This document shows, in pieces, positions 52,011 through 61,282 of a DNA stretch of 64,000 bases. The stretch lies in assembly GCA_028868375.1 (NCBI GenBank), contig JAGWUP010000003.1, positions 95,693-159,692 on the forward strand, given 5' to 3'. The notes under the pieces are model-generated. The model saw only the letters and a program-made list of their open reading frames with translations. It was not told where the DNA came from and searched no databases. The translations under genes and the position numbers were made by a program. Source of the stretch: Elusimicrobiota bacterium (GTDB lineage: Bacteria > Elusimicrobiota > Elusimicrobia > UBA1565 > UBA9628). Each line of letters begins with the position of its first letter. Position 1 is the stretch's first letter.

Positions 52011-53740
52011 GGTTCCTTGACGAAGGTGACGCGGGCGCGGCTGCCCGGCTCATCGGTCACGGAAGAGCTCAGTTGTATCTTTTTTGGATCAATCTGGTAC
52101 TTATTGACCAAAAGCCCCGCCAGCAGTTTGGCGCGCGCATCCGCCAGATGCGCGGCATTCGCCTCGCTGGATTGGGCGAAACCCTTGATGAGCAGGCCAT
52201 CCTTGGGATGATCCCCCAAGATCCTGGCGATCCTGGCCAACAGCCGCCCGCCCGCGCTGGTCAGTTGATGGCTCCCGGGCTTGAAGGCAAGCTCATAGCC
52301 GTTGGCGGCGATCGCGATGGGCCGATGCTTGCCGGCCAGCGACTTGTGTCGAGCCCGCCGATGGCGCCTTGAAATCCTGCGGTGGCGCAGCCTTTCCTTT
52401 ATAAGTGAAGCCCTGGAGCCCTTGGAGGGCAATTCCGCCTCCGGCGCCCCGCTGGCACGGGAAGCCTTCTTGCGGGTCTTGGCCCGCGCGGCGCGGGCGG
52501 GAGGCGGCGCAGCGAGCAAATGGATCCAGCGATGCAGCGTGCGCTGGCGGTTCTTTCCGTCTGTGGCCGTCAACACGGCCTCGTAGCTGCCCGCGGGCAG
52601 CATGGGACCGAAATAATTGCGGTGGCCGTTCCAGTAAATCTGGTGAAAGACCGGGCTGTCGCCGACCACCTCTTGCAGGACCGAGAGGTCCGAGCCTCCC
52701 GCGGGCTCGGGAGAAAGCAATTGGAAACGCCAGGAAACCAGGCGGGAGGGCGAATCCTGCACGGAGAACTCTATGACTGCGCCTTCCCCCTTGGCGGGGC
52801 GGATCGTGTCTGGATAAATCCCCAGCGAGATCGGCGGCCCGGCCTCATCGCCGATCGCGCTGTCGACGGCAAGCCGCAGCGGCTGATCATATTGAAAAAG
52901 CACGATGATTCCCTTGAAATCGAGCAGCGGCCGGGGGATATCCACCTGCGTATTGAGAAGATTCACGCTGACGCGGGGCGGAGCCACCCCGGCCGAGAAA
53001 AGATAGGCCGATATGCCCATCGTTCGCCGCATGTCGAGGATCTTGGCGTCCCCGTCCGCCGTGCCTTGGGGCAGTATCTCGACCTGCGCCCCCCCCAGCC
53101 CGAAAACCACGTCGGCCAGCGCGCGCAGCAGCGTCCCGGCTCTCCTTTGGAAAACGATGCCGGAATGAAAGAGCAGGCTGGAAGGAATCCCCAAGGCCTG
53201 CGGTTGGCCGTTCGACATGACCAGCAGGCGCACCCCGTGAATCTTGCGCAAACGCGCCAAGCCGTCATCCACGCGTTCGCGCAGCTTGGCCTCGATCTCA
53301 AGCCTCATGACCTCCTTGGAGGGACCAGCGGGCATAGCCGACGGCGCCTGCCGCGAGGGCGCGGGCGGCGCCTGGACGGCCGTCCCTGCGGGAACCGAGG
53401 GAGACGGAACGTTCAAGGCGGGCGCGCTCGTCACCGCGGGCGCGCTTTCCTGCGGGCGGCGCATGAACGCCCCCTTGTCGTCGACGTTCATGCGCCGAGT
53501 CAAGAGGTTGATGTAATCGTTGGCCATCGAGCGCTCGCCCGGATCGCCCTTCGTCAGCACGTCCATGAACCGGTCCATGGCATCCAGGTCGTCGCCCTTC
53601 TCGAAATATTGGATGCCCATCCGTAATTGGCGGCTCATTCCGGAAGAGGTCTGTGCCTCTTGTCCAGATACGGCCATGCCGCAGGCCAATAACAGGCCAG
53701 CGGCCAAGCTCGCGCGCGCGGCAAGAAAGGCTCGTTTCAA
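52007..53740 (-). CDS. Exported protein with TPR-like, two OmpA/MotB-like and one FlgD-Ig-like domains
   Basis: Signal peptide; IPSSLLF...GVAPPRV; IYWNG...LPAGSY.AVLTATD; LAFKPGSHQL...LADARA...YQIDPKKI. Confidence 0.6.
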   Translation of the reverse strand: MKRAFLAARASLAAGLLLACGMAVSGQEAQTSSGMSRQLRMGIQYFEKGDDLDAMDRFMDVLTKGDPGERSMANDYINLLTRRMNVDDKGAFMRRPQESAPAVTSAPALNVPSPSVPAGTAVQAPPAPSRQAPSAMPAGPSKEVMRLEIEAKLRERVDDGLARLRKIHGVRLLVMSNGQPQALGIPSSLLFHSGIVFQRRAGTLLRALADVVFGLGGAQVEILPQGTADGDAKILDMRRTMGISAYLFSAGVAPPRVSVNLLNTQVDIPRPLLDFKGIIVLFQYDQPLRLAVDSAIGDEAGPPISLGIYPDTIRPAKGEGAVIEFSVQDSPSRLVSWRFQLLSPEPAGGSDLSVLQEVVGDSPVFHQIYWNGHRNYFGPMLPAGSYEAVLTATDGKNRQRTLHRWIHLLAAPPPARAARAKTRKKASRASGAPEAELPSKGSRASLIKERLRHRRISRRHRRARHKSLAGKHRPIAIAANGYELAFKPGSHQLTSAGGRLLARIARILGDHPKDGLLIKGFAQSSEANAAHLADARAKLLAGLLVNKYQIDPKKIQLSSSVTDEPGSRARVTFVKEP

Positions 53741-53806
53741 AAAAAGCTCCTTGAAAGCGTTCGCATTTTAGACCGCTGCCGTTTCCGAATTATTACAGCA
53801 TCAGCG

Positions 53807-56353
53807 TTATTTGACAATGCCTGAAAGCTGCGCCAAGCGCTTGCGCGCCTGGGCGTTGCCCGGATCGAGGCGAAGCACGGCTTGTTCCTGGGCAGCGGCG
53901 TCCTGCGGCCGCCGCAAGGCCAGGTAGGCCTCGGCCAGATTGACCCTGGCCCAGACCTGGTCGGGTTGCCGCGCCACCACCCATTCCAACAGACGCGCCG
54001 CCTCCCCGGGCCGACCGCGCGCCATATACAAGCTGCCGAGGAAAAACCGCACCTTGGGGTTGTCGGGAAACCGTCGGTCAAGCCGCTGCGCCAAGGCCAG
54101 CGTCGCGGGGGAATAATCGTGGCGCAGAATGCGCCCTTCAAGCTCGCCCACTCCAGCGATCGCGTCGAGCTGCGCCGGGTGCGGCCGGCCCGTCTGGCGC
54201 AGCAGGGTCTCTAGATTCACCCTGGCCGGCTTGAGTTCCGGGTCGAGCGCCAAGGCGCGCAGATAGGCCGCCTGCGCCTCGTCGTAGCGCTTGGCCAGGC
54301 TGCAGAGGTAGCCCAGATTGCTCCAGTGCACCGCGTTTTCCGGAAAAATCCGCACTGCCTGCCGCAACAGGTCGATGCCTGCGTCGCGGTAGCGGACGGG
54401 ATCGGAGAGGTAGACGTCGCCCAGGTTGACGTAAATCTCCGGCGAGATTGGGTTGATCCACTGCGCCATGCGGTAGAAGGGCAAGGCCTGGCGCGGCTGC
54501 CCCAAACGCGTGCTCTCGATGGTCCCGATGTTGAAGTAAATCTCGTCGTAGCCGGCGTTGGCCCGCAGGGCCTGGCGATAAGCCGTCAAGGCGTCCTGAT
54601 AGCGCCCCGACTGGGCGTAGGCGTTGCCCAGCTCGTAGAGGGCGTTGACCTCGCGCGGCCCCCAAGCGCGCGAGCGCTCCAGCTCCTCGATCGCGGCCTG
54701 CGGGCGTTTTTCGCGCAGCAGCTTGAAGCCGGCGAAATAATGAGCCTCCCGAAACCAGACGCAAACCCAAAACCAGGTCAAGACGGCCAAGGCCGCCGCG
54801 GCCGCGCGCAGGCCCCAACGCCAGAGCCCCGAGGCCTTCCGCCGCGCCGCCTGGGGAAGGCCCGCCCCGGCGCAGCTGCCGACGGTCCACCAAAACAGCA
54901 GCGCCGGCACCGCGAAGTGCAGCGAAACGTTGAGCATGTTGTCGACCAGCATCCCCGCAACGCCCGCGACGCAAGCCGCCCACTGCTCCGCCTGCCTGGC
55001 GGCGCAGGCGAAGCGGCGGCGGGCCATGAAAAAGAAGGTCGCCCACAGCCAGGCGAAGATCCCCAGGCCGACCAGCCCGGTCTGGGACCAGACCTCCACG
55101 ATCTCGTTATGCGCGTTGTTGGCATGGGTGCGCAAATGCCTGAACAGGTCCAATGCGAAGAGCAAGTGCCCCTGGTAGAAGGGGTAGAACAGCTCGAAGA
55201 GTCCGAAGCCCTTGCCGGTCAAGGGGTTCTCTGCTCCCATCTGCCAGCCGCAGGTCCAGATCAAGACGCGCTGGTAAAATGAGCTGTAGCGAGAGTGGGT
55301 GTGTACAGCGACGATCACCTCCTTCAGCCGCCCGATGACGCTGGGCGCGTAGCCGCTGGCGATCAGAGAGGAAGGCCACAGCAAGGCCATCGCCACGCCC
55401 AGGCCGGCCAACAACCCGTGCGGGCGAGGCTCCTCCATGACGAAGCGCCGCACGCCAGGCCAAAACGCCAGCACGGCCAGCGCCGCCAGCGCCCCCGCCC
55501 AGGATGAGCGCGTCAGGCTGCAGAGCAAGGCCGCCTCCAGGGTCAAGAATAAAATGCCGTAAGTCCAACGACGCCCTCCTCTGGAGCGGGAAAAGAATAC
55601 GGCCGCCATCGGCAGCAGCAGGACGTTGAAGGAGGAAAGGAAGTTCGGGTTGCCGAAAGTCGAGACGGAACGCCCCCCGTACGGATTCAAGACATGCGGC
55701 CAGATGGGATCGATGTTGAAATACTGCAGGACCGCGTAGGCGGAAGCCAAGAACCCCGTCGCCAGGGCCAAATGCTCCAGGTCGATCCAGCGGCCGCGCC
55801 GGCACAGCCAGAGCGCCGCGGCCAGACCGCAGGCCCAGACCACGACGCCATAGCCGTCCCAGACATGCCCCCACAGGTCGGCCGCAGGCGCGGAAGGGGC
55901 CCGCAACTGCGGAAAGGCCAGCCACAACATGCCCCAGCCCAGGACGAAGACCGCCCAAGCAGCCAGGGAGACCTCGTCCTCTCCCGCCTCGCGGCTGAAA
56001 CAGGCACCCAGCAGGAACGGGAGCAGGGCGTTGGCTCCCAGAAACAGGAACGCCAGGGCGCCCTGCGCCGCTATCGCGGGCCGGAAAAAAGCCCTATGAA
56101 AGACGTAGGCCACGCACCAGCTCAACGCGCAAGCCACGATCCAGGCCGCCAGCGGAAGGTTCAAGGGCGTCTGCGGCAGCTCGGAAGGACCCAGGACGGA
56201 GGCGCGCCAGAGAAGCGCCGCGCCGGCCAACAGCAGGGCGATGTTGAGCAGGCAGATCTGCGTGATGTAGGGGTTGCGGGTCAGGTCGGTGAAGAAAATC
56301 AGGGGACAGACGAAAAAAGAGACGACGAGCAGGCTGCGCTGGAGCTGGCGCAC
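53807..56353 (-). CDS. O-antigen-ligase (Wzy_C/PglL-like) membrane protein with C-terminal TPRs
   Basis: STFGNPNFL, LTRSSW, R..IW, P.TG.G.G.F, AHNE...W...G..G; multiple TPRs. Start uncertain (56353, 56365 or 56404). Confidence 0.85.
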   Translation of the reverse strand: MRQLQRSLLVVSFFVCPLIFFTDLTRNPYITQICLLNIALLLAGAALLWRASVLGPSELPQTPLNLPLAAWIVACALSWCVAYVFHRAFFRPAIAAQGALAFLFLGANALLPFLLGACFSREAGEDEVSLAAWAVFVLGWGMLWLAFPQLRAPSAPAADLWGHVWDGYGVVVWACGLAAALWLCRRGRWIDLEHLALATGFLASAYAVLQYFNIDPIWPHVLNPYGGRSVSTFGNPNFLSSFNVLLLPMAAVFFSRSRGGRRWTYGILFLTLEAALLCSLTRSSWAGALAALAVLAFWPGVRRFVMEEPRPHGLLAGLGVAMALLWPSSLIASGYAPSVIGRLKEVIVAVHTHSRYSSFYQRVLIWTCGWQMGAENPLTGKGFGLFELFYPFYQGHLLFALDLFRHLRTHANNAHNEIVEVWSQTGLVGLGIFAWLWATFFFMARRRFACAARQAEQWAACVAGVAGMLVDNMLNVSLHFAVPALLFWWTVGSCAGAGLPQAARRKASGLWRWGLRAAAAALAVLTWFWVCVWFREAHYFAGFKLLREKRPQAAIEELERSRAWGPREVNALYELGNAYAQSGRYQDALTAYRQALRANAGYDEIYFNIGTIESTRLGQPRQALPFYRMAQWINPISPEIYVNLGDVYLSDPVRYRDAGIDLLRQAVRIFPENAVHWSNLGYLCSLAKRYDEAQAAYLRALALDPELKPARVNLETLLRQTGRPHPAQLDAIAGVGELEGRILRHDYSPATLALAQRLDRRFPDNPKVRFFLGSLYMARGRPGEAARLLEWVVARQPDQVWARVNLAEAYLALRRPQDAAAQEQAVLRLDPGNAQARKRLAQLSGIVK

Positions 56354-56455
56354 GGCAGGCATCATATAAGAAATGCCGGATAGCCGCAATGCTTGGCGAC
56401 GCAACGCCTCCGCTTATTGGCAGCGCCGCCCCAATAAAGCTACAATGGCCCCGCC

Positions 56456-56527
56456 GCCGGGATAGCTCAACGGTAGAGCAATCGCTTCGTAAGCGATAGG
56501 TTGTGGGTTCGAATCCCATTCCCGGCT
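56456..56527 (+). tRNA. tRNA-Thr (anticodon CGT)
   Basis: GCCGGGA/TCCCGGC acceptor stem, D arm AGCTCAACGGTAGAGC, anticodon arm ATCGC-TTCGTAA-GCGAT, T loop GTTCGAATC; CCA not encoded. Confidence 0.95.
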
Positions 56528-56613
56528 TATTTTATTCCCTCCTTGCCGCGCGCCGCCTTTTAGGTATAATCCCGCCGACGCGCAGGACGCGTCGATTCGA
56601 GACAAGGAGCGCC

Positions 56614-58146
56614 ATGAAGAATCTCTTCGCGACCAAGCCCTTGAAGCTGTTGCTCGAGGAAATGCGGGGCGAGAACCGCCTCCGGAGGGTGCTCAGCGCG
56701 ACGCACTTGACCAGCCTCGGCGTTGGCGCCATCATCGGAACGGGCATCTTCGTGCTGACCGGGGTGGCGGCGCATGATAAGACCGGTCCGGCCCTGATCC
56801 TTTCCTTCGTCGTCGCGGGCGTCGTCTGCGTCTTCGCCGCCCTCTGCTACGCCGAGTTCGCCTCCATGGTCCCGATCGCGGGCTCAGCCTACACATACGC
56901 CTACGCCACCCTGGGAGAGCTCTTCGCCTGGATCATCGGCTGGGATCTGATCCTGGAGTACACCGTGGCCTCCGCGGCGGTGGCGCACGGCTGGTCCCAT
57001 TATTTCCAGGACTTCATCGGCAGCTTCGGGCTGGCCATTCCAAAAGTCTTCACAACCGCCCCCTTCGATTTTAATCCCGTGCTGGGAAGGCTCATGGCCA
57101 CCGGCACCTGGTTCGACCTGCCGGCGATCGTCATCACCGCGATCGTGGCGACGATCCTGGTCATCGGCATCCGCGAGAGCGCCCGTTTCAACACGATGAT
57201 CGTGACCTTCAAGGTGGCGATCGTCCTGTTCGTGATCGTGGTCGGCGCCTTCTACGTCAAGCCCTCCAACTGGGTGCCCTTCGCGCCCTTCGGCTACACC
57301 GGGGTCTCGTTCTTCGGCAAAACGCTTCTGGGCCGCACCGGCGCCGGGGGACAGCCCTTGGGCGTCTTGGCGGGGGCGGCGATGATCTTCTTCGCCTACA
57401 TCGGCTTCGACTCCATCTCCACCCACGCCGAGGAGGCGGTCAATCCGCAAAAGGACGTGCCGATCGGCATCATCACCTCGCTTCTGGTCTGCACCGCGCT
57501 CTATATCGCCGTCTCCGCCGTGCTGACCGGCATGGTGCCCTACAACCACATCAATATCGACGCTCCCGTTTCCGACGCCTTCCGCCAAGTCGGCCTGCCC
57601 TGGGCGCAATCCCTGATCGCGCTGGGGGCGATCGCCGGCATCACTTCCGTGCTGCTGGTGATGATGCTCTCGCAGCCGCGCATCTTTCTCGCCATGGCTC
57701 GGGACGGCCTGCTGCCGGAGAGCTTCTTCGGGGCGGTGCACAAAAAATTCCGCACCCCCTACAAATCCACGATCCTGACCGCAGCCGTCGTGGCGACGAT
57801 GTCGGCCTTGGTGCCGCTGCGCATCCTGGCGGAATTGGTCAACATCGGCACCCTGCTGGCCTTCCTGATCGTCTGCGCGGCCGTGCTGATCATGCGCAAG
57901 ATCAACCCCGACGCCCCGCGCCCCTTCCGTTGCCCTTGGGTCCCAGTGGTGCCCATCGCGGGCGTGGCCACCTGCCTGCTGCTGATGTTCTCGCTGCCGG
58001 CCGAGAACTGGGCTCGCCTGATCATCTGGCTGGCGATCGGCCTGGTGATCTATTTCGCCTACGGGCGCCACCACAGCGTCATGGCCAGGCTGCGCCGGGG
58101 CGAGGTCTTGCGGCGGGACGACGCGGCCGAGGCCCTGGCCAAGTGA
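56614..58146 (+). CDS. APC-family amino acid permease
   Basis: LGVGAIIGTGIFV, YAEFAS.VP.AGSAY.Y, FFAYIGFD, MARDGLLP, NIGTL; AGGAG RBS and TATAAT at 56565. Confidence 0.93.
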   Translation: MKNLFATKPLKLLLEEMRGENRLRRVLSATHLTSLGVGAIIGTGIFVLTGVAAHDKTGPALILSFVVAGVVCVFAALCYAEFASMVPIAGSAYTYAYATLGELFAWIIGWDLILEYTVASAAVAHGWSHYFQDFIGSFGLAIPKVFTTAPFDFNPVLGRLMATGTWFDLPAIVITAIVATILVIGIRESARFNTMIVTFKVAIVLFVIVVGAFYVKPSNWVPFAPFGYTGVSFFGKTLLGRTGAGGQPLGVLAGAAMIFFAYIGFDSISTHAEEAVNPQKDVPIGIITSLLVCTALYIAVSAVLTGMVPYNHINIDAPVSDAFRQVGLPWAQSLIALGAIAGITSVLLVMMLSQPRIFLAMARDGLLPESFFGAVHKKFRTPYKSTILTAAVVATMSALVPLRILAELVNIGTLLAFLIVCAAVLIMRKINPDAPRPFRCPWVPVVPIAGVATCLLLMFSLPAENWARLIIWLAIGLVIYFAYGRHHSVMARLRRGEVLRRDDAAEALAK

Positions 58147-59048
58147 TGTCAGCGCGCGCCGTTCTCCTGGCGGCCCTGGCCGCGGTGGCGCTCTGGTTTT
58201 CCGCCTACTGGCTGCGGCGGCTATCGGCCGAGCGGCGCTCCGGCCTTGACGCCGCGGACCCTCTGCGTTGGCCCAGGCCATTGGAACTGGCCATCGGTTT
58301 CGGGACCGATTTCTTCGACACGCTGGGCATCGGCTCCTTCGCGCCGACGACGACCCTCTTCAAGTTCTTCGGCCTGGTCCCGGACGAGGATATTCCCGGC
58401 AGCCTCAACATCGGCCACTCCATCCCCACCTTCGTCGAGGCCCTCATCTTCATCTCCATCGTCAGCATCGACGGCAGGACCCTGGTCCTGATGATCCTGT
58501 CCGCGGTGGCCGGAGCCTGGCTGGGCTCCGGGGTCGTCGCCTCCTGGCCGCGCCGCAACATCCAACTCGGCATGGCCGCGGCCTTGATCGCGGCGGCGGC
58601 CTTCTTCGCGATGAAGAACCTCGGCCTGTTTCCGGCGGGAGCGGACGCCTTGGGGCTTTCCGGCCTTCGCCTGGCCGCGGGCCTGGCCGGCAACTTCGTC
58701 CTCGGAGCGCTGATGACCCTGGGCATCGGGGCCTACGCCCCCTGCATGATCCTGACCAGCCTGCTGGGGATGAACCCGCAGGCGGCCTTTCCGATCATGA
58801 TGGGCTCCTGCGCCTTCTTGATGCCGGCCGCCTCCCTGCGCTTCATGGCGCGCAAGCGCTACAGCCGCGCGCCCTCCCTGGGCCTGACCTTGGGCGGAGC
58901 CCCGGCCGTGCTGATCGCGGCCTACATCGTCAAATCCATGCCGCTCTCGACCTTGCGCTGGCTGGTCGTGTTCGTGGTGCTCTACGCCGCGGCGGCGATG
59001 CTCCGTTCGGCGCGCCGCGAAGCGGCCCAATCCGCCGTCGCCGCCTAG
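58146..59048 (+). CDS. TauE/SafE-family (TSUP) membrane transporter
   Basis: FFDTLGIGSFA, IPGSLN, LMTLGIG.YAPCM, AFPIMMGSCAFL. Confidence 0.8.
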   Translation: MSARAVLLAALAAVALWFSAYWLRRLSAERRSGLDAADPLRWPRPLELAIGFGTDFFDTLGIGSFAPTTTLFKFFGLVPDEDIPGSLNIGHSIPTFVEALIFISIVSIDGRTLVLMILSAVAGAWLGSGVVASWPRRNIQLGMAAALIAAAAFFAMKNLGLFPAGADALGLSGLRLAAGLAGNFVLGALMTLGIGAYAPCMILTSLLGMNPQAAFPIMMGSCAFLMPAASLRFMARKRYSRAPSLGLTLGGAPAVLIAAYIVKSMPLSTLRWLVVFVVLYAAAAMLRSARREAAQSAVAA

Positions 59049-59050
59049 CC

Positions 59051-59746
59051 CTAGGAGCCGCGGCCGGCGGCTTCTAGGGCGCGGATCTCCTCGATCTGGA
59101 GGCGGGCCCGCGGATGATCGGAGGCGGCGGCCGGATCATCGAGGATATCGCGCCATATCTCCAACGCCTTGGCGTAGCGCCCTTGGCTCTTATAGAGATT
59201 GGCGAGGATTTCCTTCATCAGGGTCGGAGTCCCGGGATCCTTCAGGGTCGAATCGAGCAGGGCGATCATCTTGGGCACGTCTCCTTCCTTCTTATAGGCC
59301 AGGGCTGCGATGTAGAGCAGGTAAAGGCGCTGGCCGGGGTCGCGGCGCAGGCCCTCCTGCAGCAAGGCCACGGCCTGCTCGGGGCGCGCCACCTGCGGAA
59401 ACCAGCCGAGGACGCTGGCGCCGTAAAGATAGGCGCGGTGAAAGGAGGGGTCCAGGCTGACGATGCGCGAGGCCAGGACGGCGATATGGGCATAGGGATG
59501 CCCGGGCGCATCCGGCAGCTGCGGCAGGCCGTTGCCCATGTACTCCAGCATCTGCACCCAGGCCAGATCGGCGGCGGCGGCGCGAAATCCCAGCTCGACC
59601 AACGCCGCATCCTGCGCGCAAAAGGGAGTGGCCGGCAGCTCGGTCAAGGGCGGAAACCGCCGCGACAGCCGTCCCAACGGGCCGTCGACTGCAACGGCCA
59701 CGACCGCGGACAGGGCGAAAACCGCCAGCGCCCGAGCCGCCGGCAT
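59051..59746 (-). CDS. Membrane-anchored TPR protein, PilG/Xap-like
   Basis: N-terminal TM, ADLAWVQMLEY.G, LDP.F..AY.YG, TPRs; last gene of the ABC module. Confidence 0.65.
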   Translation of the reverse strand: MPAARALAVFALSAVVAVAVDGPLGRLSRRFPPLTELPATPFCAQDAALVELGFRAAAADLAWVQMLEYMGNGLPQLPDAPGHPYAHIAVLASRIVSLDPSFHRAYLYGASVLGWFPQVARPEQAVALLQEGLRRDPGQRLYLLYIAALAYKKEGDVPKMIALLDSTLKDPGTPTLMKEILANLYKSQGRYAKALEIWRDILDDPAAASDHPRARLQIEEIRALEAAGRGS

Positions 59747-60507
59747 CAAAACTCCTTCTGCTCGAAGAGCTCCGCGGAGAGCGCCAGGCAGGCCGTGCCG
59801 TAGGCCAGGACGTAGAGGACGGCCCAGGCCGCCCAAGCCGCAGGCGTGCCGGCATGCCGGGCGCCGGCGTAATCGAGGCGGGAGAAGTCTGGCGCCGCGC
59901 GCGCGAAGGCGAGGATGAGGCCGCGCAACGGCCCGCTGCCGGAGCGCTCGGCGATGTAGCGCAATTCGGGGGTGAAATGCCCGAGGACCCAGAAGAAGAC
60001 CGAGAAGGCCATGGCCGCGGCCTCGGAGGTCAGCGCCAGCGACAGCAAGAGCGCCAAGGCTCCCATCAACGCCACCTGCCCCAAGATCGAAACCCAGGCC
60101 AAGGCGTAGGAGCCGGCGGGCGCCCAGCCGAAGGCTTCAAGCAGCAGCCAGTGGACCAGCCCCATCCCGGCCATCCCTATCGCGACGGCGGCCAGGGTGC
60201 CGAAGAAGCGTCCGAGGAGATAGTGCCAGCGGCGCACCGGATGGGTCAGGATCAAGAAGACGGCGCGGCTCTCGATTTCCTGCAGGACCAGGCGCACCGT
60301 CAAGAAGACCATGGAGACCAGGCCGATGGCCAGGATCGCGGCCAGTCCCAGGTCGAGCACCATGCGCCCCCGCTCGTTGACGGCCAGGACGGAAGCGATC
60401 GCTCCCGCGCCGAGGAGCACCAGTCCGAAGAGGGCCGCGCTCAGCCAGGCTCGGCTGCGGACATGCTCGCGCAGGGTGTAGTCGAAGACGGCCTTGATCG
60501 TGTCCAT
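59746..60507 (-). CDS. ABC-2 permease, PilI-like
   Basis: TLRE..R, DLGLA, EIESR.VFLIL..PVRR..YLLG.F.G, F..KEF. Confidence 0.85.
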   Translation of the reverse strand: MDTIKAVFDYTLREHVRSRAWLSAALFGLVLLGAGAIASVLAVNERGRMVLDLGLAAILAIGLVSMVFLTVRLVLQEIESRAVFLILTHPVRRWHYLLGRFFGTLAAVAIGMAGMGLVHWLLLEAFGWAPAGSYALAWVSILGQVALMGALALLLSLALTSEAAAMAFSVFFWVLGHFTPELRYIAERSGSGPLRGLILAFARAAPDFSRLDYAGARHAGTPAAWAAWAVLYVLAYGTACLALSAELFEQKEF

Positions 60508-60517
60508 GCCAAGGTCC

Positions 60518-61282
60518 TTAATCGAGGCGTATCTCCCCGACGCCGTCGGTGCGGGTCACGGAGGCCGCGAAAGCCTCCTCGAGCGCGCCGGGGCGGCCCT
60601 GCCACTCCTCCTGCGTCATCACGCGCGCAAGCCTCCCCCCGCTCAAGATTCCGATGCGGTCGCACACCTTCTCGACCTCGGAAATGTCGTGCGAGGAAAA
60701 AAGCACGCTCTTGCCCTTGCCCTTGAGCCAGAGGATGAGCGCGCGGACCTCCTTGATCGCCAAGGGATCCAAGCCCGTCACCGGCTCGTCCAGGATGACG
60801 AGCTCCGGCTCGTGGATGAGCGCCTGGGCCAGGCTGACGCGCTGCAGCATCCCCTTGGAGTACTCCGAGAGGCGCTGATCCATCCCCCGCTCCAAGCCGA
60901 CGCGCCGCAGCATGGCCAGGACCCGCGCCTCGCGCTCGCAGGCCGGGATGCGGGAGAGAGCCGCGAACAGCCTGATGTTCTCGCGGCCCGTCAGGGCGCG
61001 GTTGAGATAGGCGGCCTCCGGAGCGTAGCCGATGCGCGCTAAGCTCTCTATGTCCGGAACGGGCTTGCCGAAAACCTCGACCGTGCCGCAAGTCGGCAGA
61101 TGCAGCCCCATCAGCAGTTTGATGGCCGTCGTCTTGCCGGAGCCGTTGAGGCCGAGCAGTCCGAAGACCTCGCCGCGCTCCACCTCGAGGTCGAGGCCGT
61201 CCAAGCCGACCGTTTCCGTCAGGCGGCCCAAATGGGAGCGGCGGTAGACCTTGCGCACTCCGCGCAAGGCCAAGACCTTCAT
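60518..61282 (-). CDS. ABC ATP-binding protein, PilH-like
   Basis: GLLGLNGSGKTT, YSKGMLQR, LDEPVTGLDP, FSSH. Confidence 0.92.
   Translation of the reverse strand: MKVLALRGVRKVYRRSHLGRLTETVGLDGLDLEVERGEVFGLLGLNGSGKTTAIKLLMGLHLPTCGTVEVFGKPVPDIESLARIGYAPEAAYLNRALTGRENIRLFAALSRIPACEREARVLAMLRRVGLERGMDQRLSEYSKGMLQRVSLAQALIHEPELVILDEPVTGLDPLAIKEVRALILWLKGKGKSVLFSSHDISEVEKVCDRIGILSGGRLARVMTQEEWQGRPGALEEAFAASVTRTDGVGEIRLD

Noticed and set aside
56456-56600. tRNA-Thr as an integration site of a genomic island
   Set aside because: No integrase and no duplicated tRNA 3' end noticed in the window.
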